Assembly (NCBI GenBank): GCA_030826265.1
Contig: JAPJOH010000010.1
Location: forward strand, 1,886-65,885
Reading direction: 5' to 3'
From: Collinsella aerofaciens
Lineage (GTDB): Bacteria; Actinomycetota; Coriobacteriia; Coriobacteriales; Coriobacteriaceae
Length of the DNA stretch: 64,000 bases
In this document: piece after piece, positions 16,824 to 26,164 of the stretch
Layout: each line of letters begins with the position of its first letter
How positions within the stretch are numbered: position 1 is the stretch's first letter
Made by a program: the position numbers and the translations under genes
Notes under the pieces: model-generated
What the model saw: the letters and a program-made list of their open reading frames with translations, nothing else
Database searches by the model: none
What the model was told of the DNA's origin: nothing

Positions 16824-18731
16824 ATGGAACAGATTATCTTGAACATACTCGAGGCTCTGCGTCGCGGCGAGACCGTGGATGACAAAGCGCTCGTCAAACT
16901 GATACATGCCGAGGCGCGCCGTGAGGGTGCTGACAAACGCGATTTGGCCAAGCGCCGTCTGCTGCCGTTCTACCAGCGGGTAAAACGTGAGGAGCCGGCT
17001 CGTTGGGCTGGGTGGAATGTCGATGCCGAGCTGGAACGTCGACTGTTGCAGGTGCTGCGTATGAAGCCTCGTCGCACGGCCTCGGGCGTGGCGACCATTA
17101 CCGTCATCACCAAGCCCTGGCCGTGCTCGGGCGATTGCCTGTTTTGCCCCAACGATCTGCGCATGCCTAAAAGCTATCTGCATGCCGAGCCGGCGTGTGC
17201 CCGTGCGGAGCAAAATTGCTTTGATCCGTATTTGCAGGTGAGTGCTCGTTTGACCGCGCTTTCGCAAATGGGGCATGCAACCGACAAGATCGAGCTTATC
17301 GTTCTTGGCGGTACTTGGAGCGACTATCCGGAAGGCTATCAGGCATGGTTTATGTCGGAGCTCTTCCGGGCGCTCAATGATGATGCGGTGGCGAGCGTGG
17401 CGGCAAACCCCATGTTGGCGCGTCCGGGCATCAGCCGTGCCGAGGCAGAGCGCCTGCTCGATGACGCGCCCGCCGATGCGCTGCCGCCGGTGGTGGCGGA
17501 GCGCCGCGAGCGCTATCGGGCCGCCGGCATTGCGACAGACGAGGTCGAGCTTGCTGCCGGCGTTGCCGACGAGCAGGGGCGTGTGGATGCTGCCGTGGGC
17601 GGCTATAACCGTGCGGTGCGTCGTCTGTACGGTCCCGGTACGCCGTGGGGCGAGGTCACTGAGTGGCAGACGGCAACGATGGAGGAGCTCGAGCGTCAGC
17701 AGCGCATCAACGAGACGGCGAAGCATCGCGTGGTGGGGCTCGTTATCGAGACGCGCCCCGATGCCGTAACGCCGCAGGCCCTCACGCTCATCCGCCGCCT
17801 GGGCTGCACCAAGATTCAGATGGGTATCCAGAGTCTCGACCAGCACCTGCTCGATATCAACGAGCGTCGCATTTCGGTGGCTCAGATCGAGCGGGCGTTT
17901 TCGCTTGCACGATTGTTTGGCTTTAAGATCCATGCGCATTTTATGCTTAACCTGCTGGGCGCCACGCCCGGGGGGGACAAGCGCGACTACGAGCGCTTTA
18001 TGACCGAAGGGGCCTTTATGCCCGACGAGGTCAAGGTCTACCCGTGTGCGCTCATCGAGGGCTCGCGTCTGGTGGGCTGCTACGAGCTCGGCGAGTGGCG
18101 CCCCTATACCGAGGAGGAGCTGCTCGACGTGCTGGCCGATGACATCGTGGTGACGCCGGCGTTCTGCCGTATCAGTCGCATGATCCGCGACTTTAGTTCC
18201 GACGACATTATGGTGGGCAACAAGAAACCCAACCTGCGTCAGCTCGTTGAGAACCGCCTGGCTGCTCGGGGTGACGGTGCGACGGTGCGCGAGATTCGCT
18301 ATCGCGAGATCAGTACGGCGGGTGCCGACTTGGATGAGCTTTCTCTTGATGAGGAGGTGGCGTACGAGACGCCGGTGACGCACGAGCGCTTTTTGCAGTG
18401 GGTGACGCCGCAGGGCAAGATCGCGGGCTTTTTGCGGTTGTCGCTGCCCGACCATTCGTTTGTTGCCGCGCATGCGGACGAGTTGCCGACGTCGCCGGAC
18501 GAGGCGATGATTCGCGAGGTACACGTGTATGGCATGGCGGCACGCGTGGGCGACCAGGGCCAGGCGGCGCAGCATCACGGGTTGGGGCGTTTACTCGTAG
18601 AGCGTGCGTCCGAGATTGCCCGGGATGCCGGCTATGCGCGCGTCAACGTGATCAGCGCGATTGGTACGCGCGAGTACTATCGCCATTTGGGTTTTTACGA
18701 TCATGGACTCTATCTGCAAAAGGAGCTCTAG
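16824..18731 (+). CDS. elp3: Elp3-like radical SAM / GNAT acetyltransferase (tRNA U34 cm5 modification family)
   Basis: CSGDCLFCP radical-SAM cluster motif and a central TIM-barrel-like region. C-terminal GNAT (HHGLGRLLVERASEIARDAGYARVNVISAIGTREYYRHLGF). Confidence 0.85.
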   Translation: MEQIILNILEALRRGETVDDKALVKLIHAEARREGADKRDLAKRRLLPFYQRVKREEPARWAGWNVDAELERRLLQVLRMKPRRTASGVATITVITKPWPCSGDCLFCPNDLRMPKSYLHAEPACARAEQNCFDPYLQVSARLTALSQMGHATDKIELIVLGGTWSDYPEGYQAWFMSELFRALNDDAVASVAANPMLARPGISRAEAERLLDDAPADALPPVVAERRERYRAAGIATDEVELAAGVADEQGRVDAAVGGYNRAVRRLYGPGTPWGEVTEWQTATMEELERQQRINETAKHRVVGLVIETRPDAVTPQALTLIRRLGCTKIQMGIQSLDQHLLDINERRISVAQIERAFSLARLFGFKIHAHFMLNLLGATPGGDKRDYERFMTEGAFMPDEVKVYPCALIEGSRLVGCYELGEWRPYTEEELLDVLADDIVVTPAFCRISRMIRDFSSDDIMVGNKKPNLRQLVENRLAARGDGATVREIRYREISTAGADLDELSLDEEVAYETPVTHERFLQWVTPQGKIAGFLRLSLPDHSFVAAHADELPTSPDEAMIREVHVYGMAARVGDQGQAAQHHGLGRLLVERASEIARDAGYARVNVISAIGTREYYRHLGFYDHGLYLQKEL

Positions 18732-19610
18732 ATGAACAAGCCGAGTGTTTCTGCCGGCGTCGTTGCCGGCGTTGCTCTGGGAGCCGCGGCGCTTGGTGCG
18801 GCCGCTGTCGCTGTTCGTGCTGCCTGTCTGCAAGTTGCGCGAACCCGCAATGGGTTGGCGCGTGTGAAACGCGTGCACGACGAGAGCGGTGACGAAGTCC
18901 GCGTATTGGTGCAAGGCGGCGTCTACCAAAGCGCGAGTTACGTTGGCGAGCGCTGGGCGGAGCCCGTCTTTGCGTACTATCGCGCGTTTGACGACGTGTT
19001 TGAGGCCGAGGATGCGATGCGCGACGCTTATGGTCACGGTATCAACCGTATGCTGATGCTGGGCGGCGGCGGGTTTGCCTATCCCAAGTTCGCGTTGATG
19101 TCGCACGAGGGCTTGCGCGTGGACGTCATCGAGTATGACGGAGAGATTACGCGCCTGGCGCGCCGTTGGTTCTATCTGGACGAGCTGGAGCGCACGGTGG
19201 GCGACCGCTTGCGGGTGATTACTGCTGAGGCTCGCTCGTATCTGGGTGTGACGAGTGTGGGCCATCGTCGCTACGACGTGGTCGTGAGCGATTGCTTTGG
19301 CGGCGCCGAACCCGTACGCGAGCTGGCGACGGTTGAAGCGTTGCGTTTGGTGCGGGGCAGCCTAAATTTCGGTGGCGTCTACGTTGCCAATATCGTGAGC
19401 GCAAGCGAGGGGAGCGATGTGACGTTCCTGCGCGACTGTGCCGCCACGGCACTCGAGGTATTCGCCCACGCCTGGGTGGTCCCATGTGGCGATGCGAAGT
19501 TCGGCGGCGAGGAAAACTACCTGCTCATCGCCAGCGACGGCAACTACGCCTTTGCCGAAGCCGTGCCCTTCGACACCGACTTTCTCGGCACCGTCCTTCA
19601 CGACAAGTAA
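18732..19610 (+). CDS. Membrane-anchored spermidine-synthase-fold SAM-dependent transferase
   Basis: N-terminal hydrophobic segment, then LMLGGGGFAYPK (GxGxG) and VVVSDCFGG. The ATG immediately follows the Elp3 TAG. Confidence 0.65.
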   Translation: MNKPSVSAGVVAGVALGAAALGAAAVAVRAACLQVARTRNGLARVKRVHDESGDEVRVLVQGGVYQSASYVGERWAEPVFAYYRAFDDVFEAEDAMRDAYGHGINRMLMLGGGGFAYPKFALMSHEGLRVDVIEYDGEITRLARRWFYLDELERTVGDRLRVITAEARSYLGVTSVGHRRYDVVVSDCFGGAEPVRELATVEALRLVRGSLNFGGVYVANIVSASEGSDVTFLRDCAATALEVFAHAWVVPCGDAKFGGEENYLLIASDGNYAFAEAVPFDTDFLGTVLHDK

Positions 19611-19636
19611 GTCTCCCCGTCTCAAAAAGACTGGTC

Positions 19637-22096
19637 TTAGGCGTGGTCGCGCCAGCCGAGAACGCGCTGCTTCATGCCCTCGATGTCGAGCACGCCTTCG
19701 GCGAAGCCCTTGCGCACGAGCTCTTCGGGAACAAACTCGTCGTAGCGATCAAAATAAGGCACCTCGCCGGGATAGACGAGCTCGATGGGATCGAAGTCCT
19801 TTTCGGCCTCGGCTGCGAGTACCTCAAAGAACGTCTCCTCGTCGGCCTTCATCTTAAACTGCATAAAGTACGGGCGTGACGGGTCGAGTCCGCGAAGGCC
19901 CAGCTCCGCGGCGCATTTAATCTTGAGCATGCGCTCGAGCGCCAAAAAGGCGTAGCTGCCCAGCCAGGGGAAGAGCACCCAGGTGTCGCCGCCCAGGTTA
20001 ATGAGCGGCTTGGCCCCCGCGCCCGAAATCTCGGCCGTATGGCGAGCCTGCGCCAAGCGGGCCCGTGCGTTACCCATAAGGTACGGATATGCCGCGTGCT
20101 CGTTAAGCGCCTTGCGCATGCGCTCGAGCACATGCGTATTGATGTCACCGGGGCAGTCGCCAAAGTAGGCCGGCACACGGCCCTTGACCTGCGTGGCAAA
20201 GACGGTGTGGCGCTTCCAGTCCACTTCCTCGACAATCCAGCAGTGTCCGGCGATGGCGATGCGCTCACCGGGCGGAGGGGGATTGACGATCGTGCCCAAC
20301 TCGGCCGACTCGCTGCGAACGGTGAACTCCTCGTTTTCCTGGAACACGGCGTAGAACTTAAAGTTGTTAATGATGCGCTCTCCCGCGAGACCCACGATGA
20401 GTCCGCCGCCCTCGGTGACCTGGATATGGTCGATCTTAATGAGGTGACGAAGCAATACGCGATAGTCATCGGCCGAGATGCGATGGAAATAGCTGAGCGT
20501 GAGCACGCGCTGGGCAAGTTCGGCCGGCGTGAGCTCGCCGGTGCTGGCAAGCGTCGACATAGTCTGGTGATAGAGCAGGCTGTAGGGGAGTCGATCGAGC
20601 TCGGGCGGCTCGACCCACTTTTCCTCGCGATAGAGTTGTACGAGCGCGATACCCTGCAGGAGCTTCCATGGAATGGTTTCGGGCATCATCGTGCGCGGTT
20701 CGGGCTCTTCCTCGCGCATGACAAACCACATCTCGGGCGGAAGGTCGCGGCGTCCCGTGCGGCCCATTCGCTGCAAAAAGGAGCTGACGGTAAACGGCGC
20801 ATCGATCTGGAACGCGCGCTCCAGGCGGCCGATATCGATACCGAGCTCCAGCGTAGAGGTGGTGACGGTTGTCTGCGCCTGCTCCTCGTCGCGCATGAGC
20901 TCCTCGGCCGTCTCGCGCAGCGATGCCGAAAGGTTGCCGTGATGGATTAGAAAGCGGTCGGGCTCGTGTCGACTTTCGCAGTAGCTGCGCAGCATGGAAC
21001 ACACGGCCTCTGCCTCCTCACGCGAGTTGGCAAAGACCAGGCACTTGCGGCCGCGCGTATGCTCAAAGATATAGCCCATACCGGGGTCGGCGTTGTCGGG
21101 CGCCGTGTCGGTGGGGTTGAGAAGCGCCTGCTCGGTCGCTCGTGGGATGTCGACTTCGCCCTCGGGGGCCGAGGAAGTGCGACGGTCTTTGGGAGCGGCC
21201 TTGCCCCGTGCCCGCTCACGACGTTGACGGCGTTCCTCCTGTGTAAGCTGTCCGCTGTGGCGCACGTCTTGGGCGCCAGCCGGCAGCGCCGCGGGCGCCG
21301 CCGGCTCAATACGCTCGCAAGCAAGCATCTCGGCTTCTTGTGGACCCGTGCTCTCGAATCCCCGCTGCTGTGCCTGGGGACCCGAGTTGTAGAAGTGCTC
21401 CATGGAGATGCGCCACACGCGGCGCGGTTCCTCAAAGCGGGGGATGATGCAATCGCGTCCTGTTCCCTGTGAGAGAAAGGCGCCCGTGCGCTCGGGGTCG
21501 CCGATGGTGGCAGAAAGGCCGATGCGGCGGGGCTGCACGCCCGCCATGCGCGAGAGGCGCTCGATAAGGCAGAGCGTCTGACCGCCGCGGTCGCCGCGCA
21601 TGAGCGAATGAACCTCGTCGATAACCACATAGCGCAGATCGCAGAACATACGAGGGATTGCCATGTGCTTATGGATCAGGAGCGCCTCGAGCGACTCGGG
21701 CGTAATCTGCAAGATACCGCTCGGTTTTTTGATGAGCTTAGCCTTGTGCGACTGCGAAACATCGCCATGCCAGTGCCAGACGGGGATATCGGCCTCTTCG
21801 CACAGGTCGTTGAGGCGGACGAACTGATCATTGATGAGCGCTTTGAGGGGGCCGATGTAGAGGGCGCCCACGCTCGCGGGCGGGTTCTCCCAAAACTCGG
21901 TCAGGATGGGAAAGAAGGCTGCCTCGGTTTTGCCGGAAGCCGTGGATGCCGTTAGGAGCACATTGTCTTGTGTGTTAAAGATGGCATCTGCCGCCGCAAC
22001 CTGAATGGAGCGCAGGCTCTCCCAATCGTGGGAGTAGATGAAGTCTTGGATAAACGGAGCATATCGGTCAAAGGCGTTCACGGGGCCTCCTTTCAA
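19637..22096 (-). CDS. sngC: Lhr-like SF2 DEAD/DEAH helicase (Shango SngC-like candidate)
   Basis: ASTASGKTEAAF (motif I), VVIDEVHSL (DEVH) and QRMGRTGRR (motif VI). A low-complexity insert sits between the RecA lobes. The true start may be GTG 22081, preceded by AAGGAGG. Confidence 0.8.
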   Translation of the reverse strand: MKGGPVNAFDRYAPFIQDFIYSHDWESLRSIQVAAADAIFNTQDNVLLTASTASGKTEAAFFPILTEFWENPPASVGALYIGPLKALINDQFVRLNDLCEEADIPVWHWHGDVSQSHKAKLIKKPSGILQITPESLEALLIHKHMAIPRMFCDLRYVVIDEVHSLMRGDRGGQTLCLIERLSRMAGVQPRRIGLSATIGDPERTGAFLSQGTGRDCIIPRFEEPRRVWRISMEHFYNSGPQAQQRGFESTGPQEAEMLACERIEPAAPAALPAGAQDVRHSGQLTQEERRQRRERARGKAAPKDRRTSSAPEGEVDIPRATEQALLNPTDTAPDNADPGMGYIFEHTRGRKCLVFANSREEAEAVCSMLRSYCESRHEPDRFLIHHGNLSASLRETAEELMRDEEQAQTTVTTSTLELGIDIGRLERAFQIDAPFTVSSFLQRMGRTGRRDLPPEMWFVMREEEPEPRTMMPETIPWKLLQGIALVQLYREEKWVEPPELDRLPYSLLYHQTMSTLASTGELTPAELAQRVLTLSYFHRISADDYRVLLRHLIKIDHIQVTEGGGLIVGLAGERIINNFKFYAVFQENEEFTVRSESAELGTIVNPPPPGERIAIAGHCWIVEEVDWKRHTVFATQVKGRVPAYFGDCPGDINTHVLERMRKALNEHAAYPYLMGNARARLAQARHTAEISGAGAKPLINLGGDTWVLFPWLGSYAFLALERMLKIKCAAELGLRGLDPSRPYFMQFKMKADEETFFEVLAAEAEKDFDPIELVYPGEVPYFDRYDEFVPEELVRKGFAEGVLDIEGMKQRVLGWRDHA

Positions 22097-22198
22097 AAGC
22101 TAATCTCTCAACGCGGTGGGCGGTGGTTTGCTGCATTGCTGCTTCAACGTTTGCCCAGATAAAACCTGCCAAAATAAACCTGTCCCTTTTTTGGCAGG

Positions 22199-23503
22199 TT
22201 AGATGGTGAATTCGGCGAAATTACGGTCGCCGCCTGCGGTGTCGGTGTCGCCTGTTGCGGCTGCCGGCGCCAGCGCGTCGCCGCCGACGCTTTGCAGCAA
22301 CTCGGCCACATTTGCATCGGGGTTCTGACACAGGATATCGAGCAGCTCGATAAAGTCACGAATGACCTCACGGGGCGTCAGGTGCGTATCGGCTCCCACG
22401 CGGCCAAACTCAATCTTGAGGAAGTCCACCAAGTCGTTCTCGGTAAGCGTGGGCGTCCAGCCAAAGTAGCCGGCATGGATCTGCATGAGTTTTTCGATCA
22501 GCACCAGCAACTCCTCGTAGGTGAGTGGCTGCAGGCGGATGATGGGCGCGAGCATGTCCTTAAGATCCTCGCGTGCAAAGCGGCCTTGAGCGAGTCGGCT
22601 GCGCAGGGCCTCGTAGGAGAACACGCCACGGCGGCGGTCTTCGATGGAGGTTGGCGTGCCGCCCATGATCATGCCCAGGTACTGCGCCTTGCCCTGGAGC
22701 GTGTCGTTGTACATGGTCAGGATCTTCTCGTAGTTGTATTGGCGTGTGATGGCGTTGGGAATCTTATACAGATTCACGAGCTCGTCGATGAGCACCAGCA
22801 TGCCCTTGTAGCCGCTGCAGACCAAAAAGCGCGCAATGAGCTTAACGTAGTCGTACCAGTCGTCATCGCTGATGATGGTCGAGGAGCCCAGCTCGGCGCG
22901 AGCCTCGCTCTTGGTGCGGTATTCGCCGCGGATCCATTTGGTCACGCGGCTCATAGCTTCTTCGTCGTCCTCGGATACGGCCGCGCGGTAGCGGCGGAGC
23001 ATGCGGGTGAAGTCGAAGCCGTGGACCATTTCCTCGAGCGGGGCCAGTTGGGCATTGACGGCCGACTCGTCGACGTCGGCACACGAGGCGACCCAGCGAT
23101 CCAGAATAAGGTTGAGCGCACCGCCCTCAGGGCGCGTCTTGGTCGATATGTTGCGGATGAGCTCACGGTAGGTGGCAAGGCCCTGTCCCTGGCCGCCCTG
23201 CAGACGGCGCTCAGGGGATAGGTCGGCATCGGCCACGACGAATCCCTCGCCCATGGCGTGCGTGCGGATCGTCTGGAGCAAAAAGCTCTTGCCGGCGCCG
23301 TAGCGACCGACTAGGAAACGGAAGCTTGCGCCGCCATCGGCGATGAGGCTCAGGTCGGTGAGCAGAGCGCGAATCTCGACCTCTCGCCCCACGGTGATAT
23401 AGGGAAGGCCGATGCGCGGGACAACGCCGCCCTTGAGCGAGTTGAGAATGACGGCGGCGACGCGCTTGGGCACGCGGGGTGCTGCGGATGCGGTATCACT
23501 CAT
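22199..23503 (-). CDS. sngB: DUF2791 / BrxD-like P-loop ATPase (Shango SngB-like candidate)
   Basis: GRYGAGKS Walker A and MLVLIDELV Walker B. N-terminal LNSLKGGVVPRIGL...ITVGRE is typical of the BREX-type ATP-binding domain. The start overlaps the upstream stop by 8 nt (ATGAGTGA). Confidence 0.8.
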   Translation of the reverse strand: MSDTASAAPRVPKRVAAVILNSLKGGVVPRIGLPYITVGREVEIRALLTDLSLIADGGASFRFLVGRYGAGKSFLLQTIRTHAMGEGFVVADADLSPERRLQGGQGQGLATYRELIRNISTKTRPEGGALNLILDRWVASCADVDESAVNAQLAPLEEMVHGFDFTRMLRRYRAAVSEDDEEAMSRVTKWIRGEYRTKSEARAELGSSTIISDDDWYDYVKLIARFLVCSGYKGMLVLIDELVNLYKIPNAITRQYNYEKILTMYNDTLQGKAQYLGMIMGGTPTSIEDRRRGVFSYEALRSRLAQGRFAREDLKDMLAPIIRLQPLTYEELLVLIEKLMQIHAGYFGWTPTLTENDLVDFLKIEFGRVGADTHLTPREVIRDFIELLDILCQNPDANVAELLQSVGGDALAPAAATGDTDTAGGDRNFAEFTI

Positions 23504-25241
23504 GGTCTAAGTATCCTCTCACGTCTGCTTCGTAGTCCTCGATAATGCGCGGTCCTGCCGCGCCAAATTCAATTACGGTGTCACCCACCAGGTCAAAGAG
23601 CGCTTCGTTGATGCTGTCGACGAGCATGTCTTCACTCTTGCCCGACTTTGCCACCGCCGATGCCGTCTGCGCTGCGTTTTGCTCGAGTAGTGCTCGAAGA
23701 TAGGCGTTTGCTGCAGGATTGAGTGCGGACGCAGTGTCGGCGGGCGTGGGCGCTGGTGCGAGGAGCGGGGCTACGACGCCAAACTGCTCGGTGGAGATGG
23801 TCGGCTCGCTAGCCTCGTCCTGCTGCATGGTCGTCGCGACTGGCTCGGCGATCGTGTCGGCCACGGGCTCGGCTTCCCGTCGCTCGGCAACTGCCGCCTC
23901 GGCATCCGCAAGCGTGCCGTCCTCGCGCTCTTCGTCGATTAAAAGTGCTTCGCGCGTTTGCGCAGCGGCGCTCCGAATGTGCCCCAGCTGAGTCAGGTCG
24001 ATATCGATCTTGACGGGCTGGTGTGCGGCGTCCCACGAAAGCCATGCCACAATCTCGTCATCGATAATCTTGGCCAGATATTTGGGGACCTTTTCTTCCT
24101 TAAGGGGATGGGCGGGGTCCAGCGCCAGGCGCAGGCGTTGGTCGCAGGCGCGCATCATTTCACCGAGCTTGCTGCTCTTTTGCCTACTACCATGGATACG
24201 CATACATTCCCAAAAGCCGTTTTGGCAACGGTAGATATGGATGGGATCCAGGCGGTATTCGCAGTTCTCGTGGCGCTCGGGCGCAAAGAATACGGCCGAG
24301 GCAAACATGGTGTAGGGCATGGCCGTCTCCTCCCCAAACAAGCTCGCTACGATGCCGGTCTTTCGATGCGTGTCGTAGTAGCGCGCCATGCGGACATACG
24401 CGGCGCATGCCACGTGGCGCAGATCGCGGTGGTGGCTGCGGTCGAGCCGCGAGTTACTTAGGTTGTACGTGGAGAGGGCGTTGATGGCGGCCATGAGTCG
24501 CTCCTCGCGCACCTCATCGGGCGGAAGGGGGAGCGTGGGCTCGGAGGTTTTGCGACGTTTGGGGGTCTGGTCGGACGGTGCCGGTGCCGGTACAAGGTCT
24601 CGTGCCGCGCGCCGCAGCTCGATAAGGGCGTTATCGAACATGACGGTTTTAGAGTCGCGGAGCAGCTTGGGGTCGAGCCCATGGAATACGGCGTAATCCT
24701 GCAACCACACGCGTGCAAACCGATCAATGCCGGGCTCGAAGGCGCGATAGACATCCCAAAAGGCCTTGATCTTGTTAAAACCGTCGAGCGGGTCATCTAC
24801 GCCAATGCCGCAAATCAGCTCATAGAGATACAGAAAGGCAAAGGACGTAGACGTTTCCTCGACGGTTCCGCGGCGCACTTGGGCACGCCAGGTAAAGTAG
24901 CCGCGCAGCTGCCGGTCGCTCATGGCGTTGTAGGTGGGAAAGTACGACTTAAAGGTGCCGTTGTAGGGACAGTCGTCCTCAAAGTCGGCCATCAGCAGGC
25001 CCTGGCGGTAAAAAAGCTCGGCTTCCGAAAGCCAGCGGCCCGCACCGCCCTTGGGGTCATCCTGCCAGCGCGATATCTCGCGCATTTTGCGGTACTGGTC
25101 GGGGAGGAAATTCTGCATCTGTCGACCGGTTTTGAGAATCGGCTCGTCTGCGTAGATTTCGTTTGAGAAACGGGCGGACTGATGGGTCCGGGCCTCGGCC
25201 ATAATGCGCTCGATGAGCATTTTGATGTCCTGGTCGGCCAC
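23496..25241 (-). CDS. sngA: TerB-N / TerB-C domain protein (Shango SngA-like candidate)
   Basis: TerB_N-like YNAMSDRQLRGYFTWRAQVRRG...FAFLYLYELI. TerB_C-like C-terminus (DIDLTQLGHIRSAAAQTREALL ... DSINEALFDLVGDTVIEF...IIEDYEADV). GTG start with a GGAGAGGAG RBS. Confidence 0.8.
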   Translation of the reverse strand: MADQDIKMLIERIMAEARTHQSARFSNEIYADEPILKTGRQMQNFLPDQYRKMREISRWQDDPKGGAGRWLSEAELFYRQGLLMADFEDDCPYNGTFKSYFPTYNAMSDRQLRGYFTWRAQVRRGTVEETSTSFAFLYLYELICGIGVDDPLDGFNKIKAFWDVYRAFEPGIDRFARVWLQDYAVFHGLDPKLLRDSKTVMFDNALIELRRAARDLVPAPAPSDQTPKRRKTSEPTLPLPPDEVREERLMAAINALSTYNLSNSRLDRSHHRDLRHVACAAYVRMARYYDTHRKTGIVASLFGEETAMPYTMFASAVFFAPERHENCEYRLDPIHIYRCQNGFWECMRIHGSRQKSSKLGEMMRACDQRLRLALDPAHPLKEEKVPKYLAKIIDDEIVAWLSWDAAHQPVKIDIDLTQLGHIRSAAAQTREALLIDEEREDGTLADAEAAVAERREAEPVADTIAEPVATTMQQDEASEPTISTEQFGVVAPLLAPAPTPADTASALNPAANAYLRALLEQNAAQTASAVAKSGKSEDMLVDSINEALFDLVGDTVIEFGAAGPRIIEDYEADVRGYLDHE

Positions 25242-25278
25242 CGCTTCTCCTCTCCTAACGCAGCTTCGGTGACCTCAT

Positions 25279-25308
25279 ATCATAGCACAGCATCAAACAG
25301 GTGTTCGA
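25279..25308 (-). promoter_or_regulatory. Candidate promoter of the TerB/ATPase/helicase operon
   Basis: Minus strand: TCGAAC-N18-TATGAT, with the last three spacer bases TGC forming an extended -10 (TGn), about 35 nt upstream of the GTG start. Confidence 0.3.
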
Positions 25309-25329
25309 GATACTGCTGCGTAGATAGAT

Positions 25330-26046
25330 TTAGAACAGGAGGGCGTAGATGACGGCGATGACGACGGAGGGGAGCATATTGGCCGTGCGGAAGGTCTGAG
25401 GACGGATGAGGTTGACGCCGACGCAGAAGATGAGCATGGAGCCTACGAGCGAAAGGCTGTCGAGGGCTGCCGTAGTCATGATGGGGGAGAGCGCGCCGGC
25501 AAACAACGTGATCGTCCCCTGGAACACGGCGACGGGCAGGGCGGAGAAAATGCAGCCGCGGCCAAGCGACGCCGTCATGGTGCAGACGATGATGCAGTCC
25601 AATGCGCCTTTCAGGGCAAGCGTTGACCAGTCACCGAGCAGACCGTCCTGGATCGATCCCACAATGGCCATGGCGCCGATACACACGGTGAGTGAAGTCG
25701 AGACAAAAGCGTTGGTGAACTCGTTATCGCCCTCGCTGCCGGTTTTGCGCTTGAGCCATTCGCCAAGGTTCTCGATGGCGGCTTCCAAGTTGACGGCCTC
25801 GCCGATGAGCGAACCGAGCGCAAATGAGACGATGAGCATGGTGGTACCGGTGGTCGCTAGCGCCTTTCCATCGATGATGAGCATCTTTTGCATGGTGCCG
25901 CCCAGGCCGATAAACAGGACGCACAGCCCCGATGCTTTCATGAGCGTGTCTTGGATACGCGGTGTAATGAAGCGGCCGCCCGCTAATCCTAAAAGACCGC
26001 CCGCAACTAAAAGCACAACGTTGATGATTGTTCCCAAGCCCGGCAT
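25330..26046 (-). CDS. DUF554 family membrane protein
   Basis: MPGLGTIINVVLLVAGGLLG... is polytopic and hydrophobic. AGGAGGG RBS before the internal ATG at 26046. Confidence 0.75.
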   Translation of the reverse strand: MPGLGTIINVVLLVAGGLLGLAGGRFITPRIQDTLMKASGLCVLFIGLGGTMQKMLIIDGKALATTGTTMLIVSFALGSLIGEAVNLEAAIENLGEWLKRKTGSEGDNEFTNAFVSTSLTVCIGAMAIVGSIQDGLLGDWSTLALKGALDCIIVCTMTASLGRGCIFSALPVAVFQGTITLFAGALSPIMTTAALDSLSLVGSMLIFCVGVNLIRPQTFRTANMLPSVVIAVIYALLF

Positions 26047-26164
26047 GAGCCCTCCTGTATTGATGCCAACGTGGCAATCGTAGCAGAACGAAATGCGAGG
26101 TACATCGCGACTCATCTAATACGTTATATAAGTGGTATTAGGAATGATGCGCGGCATTTAAGCC

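Noticed and set aside
16620-18578. 652-aa ORF antisense to the Elp3 gene
   Set aside because: R/H/A/L-rich and low complexity, with no motif. The opposite strand carries unambiguous radical-SAM and GNAT motifs. Typical shadow ORF of GC-rich DNA.
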